NCBI GenBank assembly: GCA_963793265.1 | Contig: CAWBZI010000002.1 | Location: forward strand, 512,001 to 576,000 | DNA from: an uncultured cyanobacterium | Lineage (GTDB): Bacteria; Cyanobacteriota; Cyanobacteriia; Phormidesmidales; Phormidesmidaceae | Length of the DNA stretch: 64,000 bases | Reading direction: 5' to 3' | Shown here: in pieces, positions 1-9,307 of the stretch | Position numbering within the stretch: the first letter of the stretch is position 1 | Layout: every line of letters starts with the position of its first letter | Notes under the pieces: generated by a model | Seen by the model: only the letters and a program-made list of their open reading frames with translations | Told to the model about the DNA's origin: nothing | Databases searched by the model: none | Made by a program: the position numbers and the translations under genes

Positions 1-132
1 TGAGTGAGTTTAGTAGGCAGGCTAGGCATAGAGAAAGGCGCGATATTACCGAGTCTCTACTGTAGCGCCTCTTACAGAAGCTCGACACTAAGGCTTGAGC
101 TTAAGCCTCTATACAGTGCTTTGTAGAAATCT

Positions 133-942
133 CTAAAACTGGCGGCGCTCAAAAACCGCGACTGTGATGGTTAGCAATAGCGCAGTATAAATTAGTCCAT
201 ATACTGCGTTTTCTACCAAACCGCCACCGCTAGGAGGCGCAACAAACCCATTGGCAATTTCATTTTTAAGGTTCAGGCGCTCAAGATCAGGCAGCACCAA
301 AAATAGTCCCTCGGCAATGCGGCGGAAGTTTTCGCTTTCGGCAATCTTGTCTAGCTCTAAAATGTTGCGGGTTTCGTGGCCGACAGCAAAGGTCGCTAAC
401 GTCATCAAAGTAGCTAAGACCGTGCTCGTAATTGTGCCGAACATCAGCGCCGCCGCAATCAGCAGCACCATCTCTAAAAACATGAAGGTGACGGCAAGCA
501 GCATTAAATTAAGCTGAAAGGGAACGCCATTCAAAACGAGCAGTCCTAACATCACAGCCGTGAGCGCGGTAATCAACAGCGCCATAATCAGGCTCAGTCC
601 CAGGTGCTTACCTAGAATGAACTCTAGCCGACTGACCGGCTTAGCAATCAGCACAAGCACCGTTTTTTTCTCAATTTCTTTGTTGATCAGGCCCGTGCCA
701 ATAAAAACGACAACAAATAGGCTTAGTAGGTTAATTGCAGCGAGGCCCGTGTCGAGAATAAGCTTGTCTTCAGTGCCAGCGGCGACTTCAGGCAGCATCG
801 TGGTAGCCATCACCATAATGATGACAAATACGCCAATGACATAGAGAATGCGATCGCGCACAATCTCTAAAAATACATTAGATGCGATCGTCCAAATTCT
901 AGAAAATGACCGAGAAACCGTCGTCGTTGCCGCTACGTCCAT
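133..942 (-). CDS. fraE: FraE-like ABC-2 type permease (filament integrity operon, third gene)
   Basis: 269 aa, several TM helices, 'IASNVFLEIVRDRILY' and 'KEIEKKTVLVLIAKPVSR' ABC-2 permease signature; lies downstream of fraC-fraD. Confidence 0.8.
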   Translation of the reverse strand: MDVAATTTVSRSFSRIWTIASNVFLEIVRDRILYVIGVFVIIMVMATTMLPEVAAGTEDKLILDTGLAAINLLSLFVVVFIGTGLINKEIEKKTVLVLIAKPVSRLEFILGKHLGLSLIMALLITALTAVMLGLLVLNGVPFQLNLMLLAVTFMFLEMVLLIAAALMFGTITSTVLATLMTLATFAVGHETRNILELDKIAESENFRRIAEGLFLVLPDLERLNLKNEIANGFVAPPSGGGLVENAVYGLIYTALLLTITVAVFERRQF

Positions 943-1050
943 AACTGAATCGTTCTAATATGAACTCACAATAAAAGTTGATATTAGAAAGCTACCCATT
1001 TTGAGCCGCTAATTACAATTTTTGTTGATGAATTTTTAATGTGCACACTT

Positions 1051-2109
1051 CTAGGCTCTGAGCCGACTGCGCTGCAACAGCGGTAGGTCTTCACCACAAT
1101 CAACTTTCGTTAGCGTAGACGTTTGAGGAATCTGCTCACTTTCTGTCGTCCCTTCACCACTCGCCTGATCCACCGTTTCATCTGCCGGTTGGTTAGCCTC
1201 CCCGCTCGCTCGCACCCTTTTTTCCGGCGTAATCTTACAGGTCTTCTCCACATAGAGGTTTTCGTCATCTGCCACTGGCCCTGTCCAATCCGCCCGCAGC
1301 GTCAGCAAATAACCTTCACCTAAGCGCCTGGGCTGAGGCACCGCCATTCGCCAAAAGATTTGCTCCTCTGGAGCCCCCAGCGTATTCGTCATGCGCTGAG
1401 CAATAGCTTCCAGCCGATTTTTGCGGGTATATAGCCAGCGCTCCGTCTGGTACCAGGGCTGACCGTCTAGCTCTTCGGCGATCGCATCTGCGGTACTTTC
1501 TAATAACAGGATGCCTTGAACATCCGGCTGGCGATCGACCACGAAATCGTATACAAAAGCGCTCCGGCTCAAATCATTCGCCAGCAGGCTAGGATAGTTT
1601 GTTACCCAATCTTGTATCCGAAAATAAAACAAGATCCAGCTATTGAGCAAAAGGTTAATCAGCAGCGTCATCACCAAGGACTTCTGCCTGTCTTTTTTAG
1701 GCAGCGAAACCTTCAGCTCCCAGTTGACAAAATCAGGCAGGGCCATAATTGCCATCGAGATCATCGGCCAGCTAGAGAGCGACCAGCGCACCCGGCTATC
1801 TTCCCACGGCCAAAACAAGAATAAGCACAGCACCGCGCCCGTAATCCAAGGCCCGATATAAAAGCCATACACCTTGAATTTATCTTTATTGGCATTTGTG
1901 CCCCACCATACAGCACAGGTGAAAAATATCCAGCTCAGCGTGGTCAATATGTCTACAGCCGGATATTCCTCGCCGTCTATCGCCGCTAGCAGCGATGCAA
2001 TTATCAGCGAAAACAAACTCAGCATGAGCAGCGTTTGCCAGGCAAAGTATCGATCTGGCCAAAATAGATCTTTAAGCTGCGTAAAAAATTCTTTGATATT
2101 TTCTAGCAT
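1051..2109 (-). CDS. fraD: FraD septal junction protein (DUF5357 family)
   Basis: About five N-terminal TM helices ('YFAWQTLL', 'GPWITGA', 'FRIQDWVTNYPSLL'), then a soluble domain with two Cys; its ATG at 2109 overlaps the fraC stop (TGATG). Confidence 0.8.
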   Translation of the reverse strand: MLENIKEFFTQLKDLFWPDRYFAWQTLLMLSLFSLIIASLLAAIDGEEYPAVDILTTLSWIFFTCAVWWGTNANKDKFKVYGFYIGPWITGAVLCLFLFWPWEDSRVRWSLSSWPMISMAIMALPDFVNWELKVSLPKKDRQKSLVMTLLINLLLNSWILFYFRIQDWVTNYPSLLANDLSRSAFVYDFVVDRQPDVQGILLLESTADAIAEELDGQPWYQTERWLYTRKNRLEAIAQRMTNTLGAPEEQIFWRMAVPQPRRLGEGYLLTLRADWTGPVADDENLYVEKTCKITPEKRVRASGEANQPADETVDQASGEGTTESEQIPQTSTLTKVDCGEDLPLLQRSRLRA

Positions 2110-2672
2110 CAAACCCAGCTCTCTGCGCTCATCCGCAATAGCAATAGCAGCAGAATAATCGTAAAGCTTGCGGCATTAGCCTGAATGACAGTATCGATAA
2201 AGCTAGAAATCGCCTGCTGCGTTTCAGTGCGCCCGGCTCTGGCTCTGATATATCGCTGTTCGCGTGATAGCCGCTCTGGTTTTTCAGGCACTTTCCAGGC
2301 GTCATCCGCGCGCAGCATAAACTCCAAGCCCTTTGCCTTGATAAAAAAGGTCGCAAAAAAGGCGACCAGCCCGATTGCAAAAATAACGCTGCCGGTTTGG
2401 GTCGTCCAGCCGCCAGTGACCAGCCGGTCGAACATGACATAGCTGATGATCTGCGCTTTTATCAGCGGCGGCGACAGGGGCTCTACAATCAAAAAGGTCA
2501 GCCAGCCAATGACGACCGAAGCCAGATTCACAACGGTGGTGTACTGCACGCTGGTTTTGAAGCCTAGACGCAATCGCTGGCGAAAAATGCCTGCCTCAAT
2601 AGAAATGGCAACCATTAAAAATAAGACTTGAAAGGCGATCGCCCGTAGCGGAAATATAGGCTCGTAGTCCAT
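2109..2672 (-). CDS. fraC: Filament integrity protein FraC
   Basis: 'PLRAIAFQVLFLMVAISIEAGIFRQRLRLGFKTSVQY...NLASVVIGW' resembles FraC; ATG at 2672 preferred over the TTG at 2714. Confidence 0.8.
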   Translation of the reverse strand: MDYEPIFPLRAIAFQVLFLMVAISIEAGIFRQRLRLGFKTSVQYTTVVNLASVVIGWLTFLIVEPLSPPLIKAQIISYVMFDRLVTGGWTTQTGSVIFAIGLVAFFATFFIKAKGLEFMLRADDAWKVPEKPERLSREQRYIRARAGRTETQQAISSFIDTVIQANAASFTIILLLLLLRMSAESWV

Positions 2673-2777
2673 GCGATGTGCTCTACACGCGAGTGCCTTT
2701 TCATAGGTTTTCAATAGACCATATTAAAGGCATATCGCATAGGGTATCGCCTGAAGGTCGCCCGATCAAATAACCCA

Positions 2778-4145
2778 TCAAATAACCAAACCGTAGCCCG
2801 TACACCACAGCACCATCAAAGCCCCCTGCAATCCGCCTAAGCAAAGCGTCAGCCACAAATTCCACTGCCCTTTATAGCTCAGTATTGCCAGCCCAATGAA
2901 GAGGGGAAAGATAGGCAGCGTAAATCGAGCCATAGACGCCACACCCGCTGAAAGTGGGATAAAAATGGAATACATGCCGAACAGCCAGTAAGCAAGTCCA
3001 ATAGCTCTGGCGTATAGACTAAGCAGCGCAAAAGCCCCGAGGAAAAAGGCGCACTCCAGCAGTTTTTTAAAGCTCGGCTCGCTTACCCCCTGGCTCAGCC
3101 CCTGCCAGAGAGAAGCGACCGGGTTCAAGATCTCGCGATCCCATGCAGCCTGATTCGTCTTAAAAAATAAGTAGTCGCCGGTTATCTGGTGCGTGTATAC
3201 AGAGAATGCGAGTAGACCCAGCGGCACCAGCAGCAGAAACAAACTGTTAAAGCGAATGTCTTTGAGCTTGAAGTCGATACGCTTCAGATACTCATACAAA
3301 AGTGGCAGCGCAATTAGTATGCCCAGCGTTCTGGTTGCCGAGAGCAGCCCACCGCAAACACCCGCTAGCCACCACTTCTGTTTTTTCGCAAAATAGAAGC
3401 ACAGCAGTGTCAAAAATAGGTACAGAGACTCTGTGAATACGCCCGACAAAATGAAGGAAACCGGAAACAAAAACAGATATCTCACTGAGCGGCGAGCAAT
3501 CTTTTTACTCCACTGCATCTCTACAAGTTTGTATAAAACGTAGCAAGAGAGTAGCAGACAAACGTTGGAGATTAAAAGACCGGCCAAAAAGTAATGATCT
3601 CCGCCCACGCCACCAATGAGCTTCATCAGCATTGGATACAGGGGGAAAAACGGAAAGTTGGTCTGATCTGGAAACTCAGGTAGCTTGGTGGCAGTAGAGT
3701 AGCCGTTTTGGGCGATATCCATATACCACAGCGAATCCCACACCCCCCACATGTCTAGCCAGGTATATTTTGACCAGCTAATCTCTTTGCCGATGCTCGT
3801 CGGCAAAACGGCATAAGAGACTAGGCCAATCGCAGTTAGCACTATTCGAGTAGAGACAAACAAACCCAATATATACCGCAGCTCTGAAGCGAGGGTTTCG
3901 TGCCAGGGGAGCAGAGGCAAGAGTGTCTCGGGCGGGACGCTTGGTGACGCATCAAGGTGATAAGAGGTGGGCGATCGCCTAGAAAACGTCGGCTCAGCCT
4001 GAAAAGTAGGCTGCACAAAAGAAGGCGCTGCCTCTAAGTTAGCATCGTCGGATTTTTGCTTAGCAGACGGTGCATTACCCAGAGCGTGCGCTTTGTTTGA
4101 AACCTTTTCTTCATTGAGAGCCCTACTGTCGAAGCTCTTTGCCAT
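2778..4145 (-). CDS. PIG-V-like (GT-C fold) mannosyltransferase family membrane protein, paralog 1
   Basis: Motifs 'WDSLWYMDIAQNGY', 'FFPLYP', 'FTESL'; polytopic; about 80-aa Pro/Ser-rich N-terminal extension. Confidence 0.75.
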   Translation of the reverse strand: MAKSFDSRALNEEKVSNKAHALGNAPSAKQKSDDANLEAAPSFVQPTFQAEPTFSRRSPTSYHLDASPSVPPETLLPLLPWHETLASELRYILGLFVSTRIVLTAIGLVSYAVLPTSIGKEISWSKYTWLDMWGVWDSLWYMDIAQNGYSTATKLPEFPDQTNFPFFPLYPMLMKLIGGVGGDHYFLAGLLISNVCLLLSCYVLYKLVEMQWSKKIARRSVRYLFLFPVSFILSGVFTESLYLFLTLLCFYFAKKQKWWLAGVCGGLLSATRTLGILIALPLLYEYLKRIDFKLKDIRFNSLFLLLVPLGLLAFSVYTHQITGDYLFFKTNQAAWDREILNPVASLWQGLSQGVSEPSFKKLLECAFFLGAFALLSLYARAIGLAYWLFGMYSIFIPLSAGVASMARFTLPIFPLFIGLAILSYKGQWNLWLTLCLGGLQGALMVLWCTGYGLVI

Positions 4146-4374
4146 CCTTGAAACCTATAGGGTGCCGCGTCAGTTATATCGAACAAGCGTTAAAGAAGCA
4201 TGAGGCACATGCGAATACTTTCATAATTCGCATTAGTGAACAGTGATCAGGATCTTTTCAAAAAGGCTTTAAGCAAGACGTGTTGCCGTTTTCATGCTAT
4301 TCAACCTGGGTAAAAACACATCATCCTAAAGGTATAAATTACCACCTAGACCTATCTTTTAACCACTTAGATTT

Positions 4375-5529
4375 TCAAACTACCAAAGCCTGCCCCGTGC
4401 ACCAGTACAGCATCAAGCACCCTTGCATAAATCCTAAGAAAAGTGTCAGCGCGTCATCCCACAACTTATTGCGGCCAATACTCGCCAATATGATAAACAA
4501 AGGAAATATAGGTAAAGTATATCGCGGCACAGAGGCAATCCCGGCTGCCAGCGGAATCAATATGGAGTACATACCTAGCAGCCAGTACGAGAATTCAATT
4601 TTTTTATAGCCTGCAATCAGCAATAGCAGCGTAGCGCTACCAAAGGTGACTTCTAAAAGAGACTTAGCACTTGACTGGGCAATTCCCTGCTTTAGTCCTC
4701 TCCAAAGAGAAACAAGCGGATTCAAAATCTCGCGATCCCACGCGGCCTGATTGGTTTTGAAGTAAAAGAAGTCACCTGTAGCCTGATAGCTATAAACAGA
4801 AAATGCCAGTAGTCCTAGCGGCACCAGTAGTAAAAAAAGAACGTCTATACGCACTTTGTTGATCTTGAAGTTTATACTACGCACATACTCGAAGCACATC
4901 GGCAGTATGATTAACACTCCCAGCGTTCTTGTTGCAGATAACAGCGCACCGCTAACGCCAGCTAGCCACCACTTTTGGCGCTTTGCACTATAAAAACAAA
5001 GCAGTGTTAAGAAGAGATACAGCGATTCTGTGAAAACGCCTGAGAACACGAAAGATACGGGATACAAGAACAAATATTTGACACAGCGGCGCGCCATTTT
5101 TGGGCCTTGCTCTAGCTCGATTAGCTTGTAAAACAGATAGCAGGCCAGCAGCAGACAAACGTTAGATATGAAAAGACCTGCTAGAAAGTATTCGCCGCCC
5201 GTAAGCGTGCCGAAAAGGCGCATCAGCATTGGATAGAGCGGAAAAAACGGAAAGTTGGTTTGATCCAAGCTGCCTTCAATGCTGCCAACTGTGGAGTAGC
5301 CATTTTGAGCGATATCCATATACCAGTAGCTGTCCCACACGCCCCACAGGTCGATCCAGGTGTATTTTGACCAGCTAAACTGCTTGCCGTAGCCCGTTTC
5401 GCTCAGGCGGTGAGCCATCAGCCCCACCAGCGTCAGGGCAATTCGAGACGCCAAAAATAATCCGAAAATATATCGCAGCGCCGAAAAATTGGAGAAAAGC
5501 GTGCGGTCATTACGTCTAGATGTTTCCAT
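4375..5529 (-). CDS. PIG-V-like (GT-C fold) mannosyltransferase family membrane protein, paralog 2
   Basis: Same motifs ('WDSYWYMDIAQNGY', 'FFPLYP', 'FTESL'); the ATG at 5529 avoids overlap with divergent cobO. Confidence 0.75.
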   Translation of the reverse strand: METSRRNDRTLFSNFSALRYIFGLFLASRIALTLVGLMAHRLSETGYGKQFSWSKYTWIDLWGVWDSYWYMDIAQNGYSTVGSIEGSLDQTNFPFFPLYPMLMRLFGTLTGGEYFLAGLFISNVCLLLACYLFYKLIELEQGPKMARRCVKYLFLYPVSFVFSGVFTESLYLFLTLLCFYSAKRQKWWLAGVSGALLSATRTLGVLIILPMCFEYVRSINFKINKVRIDVLFLLLVPLGLLAFSVYSYQATGDFFYFKTNQAAWDREILNPLVSLWRGLKQGIAQSSAKSLLEVTFGSATLLLLIAGYKKIEFSYWLLGMYSILIPLAAGIASVPRYTLPIFPLFIILASIGRNKLWDDALTLFLGFMQGCLMLYWCTGQALVV

Positions 5530-5575
5530 AGTTAAAGTAGAGAAACGTATTCCTTGTAACCGGTTTTGACTTCCT

Positions 5576-6706
5576 ATGCCCAAAGCGATTGGCATCCGTA
5601 CTGCTCAAAATAACTCCGAACGTCTCACAGGCCAAATCCATGTGTATGACGGGGAGGGCAAAGGCAAGTCTCAGGTGGCCTTAGGCGTGGTGCTGCGCTC
5701 AATTGGCTTAGGGATTCATCAGTTCATGGAAAGCCGGGTGCTGCTGCTGCGCTTTTTGAAAGGGCCGGGGCGTACATATGACGAGGATGCGGCGATTGAG
5801 GCATTGCAGCGAGGGTTTCCGCACCTAATCGATCAGGTGCGAACGGGGCGCGCCGAGTTTTTTGGGCCAGAGGAAATTACTAAGTTTGACCAGCAGGAGG
5901 CGCAGCGAGGGTGGGATGTAGCGAAAGGGGCGATCGCATCCGGCCTCTATTCAGTCGTCGTGCTCGATGAAATTAACCCAGTGCTCGATCTCGACTTGCT
6001 TTCGATTGAAGACGTGGTGCGATCGCTCAAAAACAAGCCCGATCACCTAGAAGTAATCGCCACCGGCCGAGGCGCGCCCCCACAGCTGATCGAAATTGCT
6101 GATTTGCACTCAGAAATGAAGCCTCAGATTCACCAGACCGCCGCTGAGATGGGGATTGAAGGAATTGAGATCTATACGGGCGACGGTAAAGGTAAGTCTA
6201 CGAGCGCGTTAGGAAAGGCGTTGCAGGCGATTGGGAAAGGGATTAGTCAGGATAAGTCACACCGGGTTATGGTAATGCAGTGGCTTAAGGGGGGCCAGGG
6301 CTATACGGAAGATGCCGCGATCGCAGCCCTGCGCAAAAGCTATCCGCACCTCGTAGACCATCAGCGCTGCGGGCGGGATGCGATTGTATGGCGGGGGCAG
6401 CAGCAGCCGATTGACTATATAGAAGCTGAGCGGGGGTGGGAGATTGCTAGTACCGCGATCGCCTCTGGCCTCTACAAAACCATCATCCTCGACGAGCTAA
6501 ACCCCACTGTAGACTTAGAGCTACTGCCAGAAGAACCGATTATTCAAACGCTGCTGCGCAAACCCAAAGATACGGAAGTCATCATCACGGGTCGCTGTAA
6601 AAATCAGCCTGCGTACTTTCAGCTTGCCAGCGCTCACTCGGAGGTGTTTTGTCATAAGCACTATGCCGAACGTGGCGTAGAGCTGAAGCGCGGCGTAGAC
6701 TTTTAG
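5576..6706 (+). CDS. cobO: Cob(I)yrinic acid a,c-diamide adenosyltransferase (two tandem CobO/BtuR domains)
   Basis: Two copies of 'Y.G.GKGKS', 'LDE.NP' and 'TGR'; ends 'RGVDF'. Confidence 0.9.
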   Translation: MPKAIGIRTAQNNSERLTGQIHVYDGEGKGKSQVALGVVLRSIGLGIHQFMESRVLLLRFLKGPGRTYDEDAAIEALQRGFPHLIDQVRTGRAEFFGPEEITKFDQQEAQRGWDVAKGAIASGLYSVVVLDEINPVLDLDLLSIEDVVRSLKNKPDHLEVIATGRGAPPQLIEIADLHSEMKPQIHQTAAEMGIEGIEIYTGDGKGKSTSALGKALQAIGKGISQDKSHRVMVMQWLKGGQGYTEDAAIAALRKSYPHLVDHQRCGRDAIVWRGQQQPIDYIEAERGWEIASTAIASGLYKTIILDELNPTVDLELLPEEPIIQTLLRKPKDTEVIITGRCKNQPAYFQLASAHSEVFCHKHYAERGVELKRGVDF

Positions 6707-6756
6707 ACTGAGTATTGCGCTAAGTTATGAATGTTGAGCAGTAGAGAATGTAGCCA

Positions 6757-7107
6757 ATGGCAAAGCTAACAATCGAGATTCCTGATGACTTGATGACACA
6801 GCTTTTACCTGTCGAAGAGAAATTGCCTGAGCTTCTAAGGCGCTGTCTACAGCCGCTCGCACTGCCAGCACAGGTTTACCGATATGTGCTCGATTTTCTT
6901 GCCAGCCAGCCCACGCCTGAGCAAATAGCTGAGTTTCGCCCGACTACCGATATGCAATCGCGGCTGAAGGTGCTAGTTGAAAAAGAAAGCAACGCAGCGC
7001 TTAGCTTTGAAGAACAGCAGGAGCTATTAGAATACGAACGCATTGAGCACTTGATTGTCATGTTCAAAGCTGGACTCATCAGCAACTCATCTCAGGCAAT
7101 CAGTTAA
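6757..7107 (+). CDS. Hypothetical protein, antitoxin-like partner of the HNH gene
   Basis: RHH-like N-terminus 'KLTIEIPDDL', plus 'FLASQPTPEQI' and 'ELLEYERIEHL'; TAATG overlap with the next ORF. Confidence 0.6.
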   Translation: MAKLTIEIPDDLMTQLLPVEEKLPELLRRCLQPLALPAQVYRYVLDFLASQPTPEQIAEFRPTTDMQSRLKVLVEKESNAALSFEEQQELLEYERIEHLIVMFKAGLISNSSQAIS

Positions 7108-7505
7108 TGGCCTATGTCTCAGATGCGCTTCGCCTTTTCGTAGCTGAACGAGCCTCTTTATCTTGTGAATACTGCTTATTGCCTAATTCATTGAGCTTTT
7201 ATCCTCATGAGCTAGATCATGTTGTTGCGCTCAAGCATCAAGGTCAAACGACTGCGGACAATCTTGCTTATGCCTGTTGGCGCTGCAACCGATTCAAAGG
7301 CAGTGATCTCGGCTCTTTTGATCCTGAGACAAACGACTTTTGTTTTATTTTTAATCCGCGAAAACAAGTGTGGGCTGAACACTTTTTACTCAAAGCAGGA
7401 CAGATTACTGGACAATCGCCGGAAGGTAGAACAACAGCTACGCTGCTTAAGCTAAATACTAGCGATCGCATACAGGAGCGCTTACGCTACTCACTCAGTG
7501 ATTAG
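7107..7505 (+). CDS. HNH endonuclease
   Basis: 'CEYC...ELDHVV...G...NLAYACWRCNRFKG' HNH/zinc motifs. Confidence 0.85.
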   Translation: MAYVSDALRLFVAERASLSCEYCLLPNSLSFYPHELDHVVALKHQGQTTADNLAYACWRCNRFKGSDLGSFDPETNDFCFIFNPRKQVWAEHFLLKAGQITGQSPEGRTTATLLKLNTSDRIQERLRYSLSD

Positions 7506-7580
7506 AAGCTGCGCCACCATTTCCATGCGAGACGATACCCCAAGCTTGCGGAACATTCGTTTCAGTGCCTGTTTCAATGT
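7491..7580 (-). pseudogene. Remnant of a LuxR-family C-terminal HTH
   Basis: Minus strand reads TLKQALKRMFRKLGVSSRMEMVAQLLITE*, preceded directly by an in-frame TAA (7581-7583). Confidence 0.65.
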
Positions 7581-7661
7581 TTAACTAGCTGCGCGATAGG
7601 TGTCTATTTTATCCACTGCACTATTTCCTTCAAAGTTAGTTTATCGAACACTATCTTCAGC

Positions 7662-8528
7662 TTACAAGTTAGCCCGACGAAGAAACGGGACAATGGCTTC
7701 AGCTACTTTTTCGGCCCAGTCTTCCTGAGCATAGTGACCAGTTTCATCAAGTTTCACCAGCTCGCCGTCATCCAATATTTTTACAAAGCTTTCGGCAAGG
7801 CTCACAGATAGCCACTTGTCATCAGTGCCCCAAACGATAAGCGTCGGTGACTGCCAATCTTTAAAGCCTTTATCGATATTAGCCATTACGGTTGGAAGCT
7901 GAAGGTTTTTAACGGTGGCCTGGAGCGATCGCCCCACATCCGAACTTTTCAAAAACGGCTGCCGATACACCTCCAAATCCTCATCTTTCACCGTATAGGG
8001 CCCGCCCCCCTCTAGCGTTCTATCCACCAAAATAGGATCTTGCGTAAGCACCTGACCCAGCAGCGGAAAGCCAAACTGCGCAATCTTAAATGGCAGCTTC
8101 GCCTCAGCGGTGAGCGGCGTATTTAAAATCACTAGCCGCTCGATTTTCTCAGGATGCTTTGCGGCATACAGCAGGCCAACCGAGCCTAAAAAGCCCTGAA
8201 CCACCAGCGTGAACCGATTAATTTCTAGCACCGCTAGCCACTTTTCAAACGCTGCTACAAAAGCATCTGGCGTGTAGGCAAACTCGCTTTTGTCTGGCTT
8301 AGCAGAATAGCCGTGGCCGATCCAATCAGGTGCGATCGCCCGAAAACCAGCCTCAGCTAAAGGCCCCATCACATTCCGCCAGCTATAGCCCTGCGATACA
8401 AGCCCGTGTAGCAGCACCACTGGTAGCTTCCCCTGTTCGTTCATCGGCAGCGCCTCCCGATAAAACCACCGCAGCCCGCCCGCCTCACATTCCTGCTCAG
8501 TAATTTTTACGCCGCCAATTTTTAACAC
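7662..8528 (-). CDS. Alpha/beta fold hydrolase family protein
   Basis: 'VLLHG', 'APDWIGHGYS', 'PTLIVWG..D', 'GHYAQED'; the nucleophile elbow reads QGFLG. Confidence 0.85.
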   Translation of the reverse strand: MLKIGGVKITEQECEAGGLRWFYREALPMNEQGKLPVVLLHGLVSQGYSWRNVMGPLAEAGFRAIAPDWIGHGYSAKPDKSEFAYTPDAFVAAFEKWLAVLEINRFTLVVQGFLGSVGLLYAAKHPEKIERLVILNTPLTAEAKLPFKIAQFGFPLLGQVLTQDPILVDRTLEGGGPYTVKDEDLEVYRQPFLKSSDVGRSLQATVKNLQLPTVMANIDKGFKDWQSPTLIVWGTDDKWLSVSLAESFVKILDDGELVKLDETGHYAQEDWAEKVAEAIVPFLRRANL

Positions 8529-8719
8529 GCTACTAGCCCTACATACGATAGCTTTGAGCTTACCGCTCTAGCGATCCTTGAATCAAACCACCTGAGTAGA
8601 GCAATAGAGGCAATCACCAGCCCGAAACGACACTATGAGGCTCTTAGCCTGCTGCGCCGCTGTAGGGTCAAAATGCTAGGGTGTTTAAGCTGACATTTCC
8701 CTTCGATACCGCTTTCATC

Positions 8720-9154
8720 ATGAGTGCTTCCCCCTCCTCAGAGCCTGCAATAGCTCGCCTCAAAGAGATTCGCCCCGAGCTACTGCGGCTGCACAAAGCC
8801 CTGCTTGACTCAGAGCGCGTTGTCTACGAGCAAACTCACGGGCCAATTGCCAACAGCGGCGAATTTTTTCGCCTGGTTATAGACGACGAAGCCTTTAGCT
8901 GGCTACGCCCTATTTCACAATTTATCGTTCAAATAGACGAACTGCTTGACCTGCGCAAAAAAGACAAAATAGAGCCCGAAAGCGCCGCTATCTTGCTAGA
9001 AAAAGCGCGGCTGATGATCAAGCCCAATGAGCACTCACTTACGCCTTTAGGCGAGCATTACTTTCAGGCCATTCAGCGCGACCCCAACATTGCGCTTATG
9101 CACGCCGACATTTCTCAAAAGCTCAAAAAGAAAAATACCCTCGAAGAAGAATAG
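8720..9154 (+). CDS. Hypothetical all-helical protein
   Basis: Open frame, 'LLRLHKALLDSER...F.WLRPISQFIVQIDE'; ATG at 8720 preferred. Confidence 0.65.
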   Translation: MSASPSSEPAIARLKEIRPELLRLHKALLDSERVVYEQTHGPIANSGEFFRLVIDDEAFSWLRPISQFIVQIDELLDLRKKDKIEPESAAILLEKARLMIKPNEHSLTPLGEHYFQAIQRDPNIALMHADISQKLKKKNTLEEE

Positions 9155-9307
9155 ACAAAGAAGGTTTCCAAAGCTGAAAATTTATCTCAGTTTCGTAACC
9201 TTCTTCACCACGACAAGTCCTCTCTTTTAGGATCTACACCAGAGACTGACGAATTCTCAAATCCAGGTTCGTTAGGGTCTAGAAAGCCTTTTCAAGAGAC
9301 TATTTTC

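Noticed and set aside
1..29. Possible minus-strand gene start (ATG at 29, MPSLPTKLT...) running off the window
   Set aside because: Too short to support a call
5576..6706. Internal duplication in cobO
   Set aside because: The two-domain form is the usual cyanobacterial arrangement
9160..9290. CTGACGA...GAAA hammerhead-like words after a long hairpin
   Set aside because: No convincing stems I-III around the core; the hairpin is more simply a terminator
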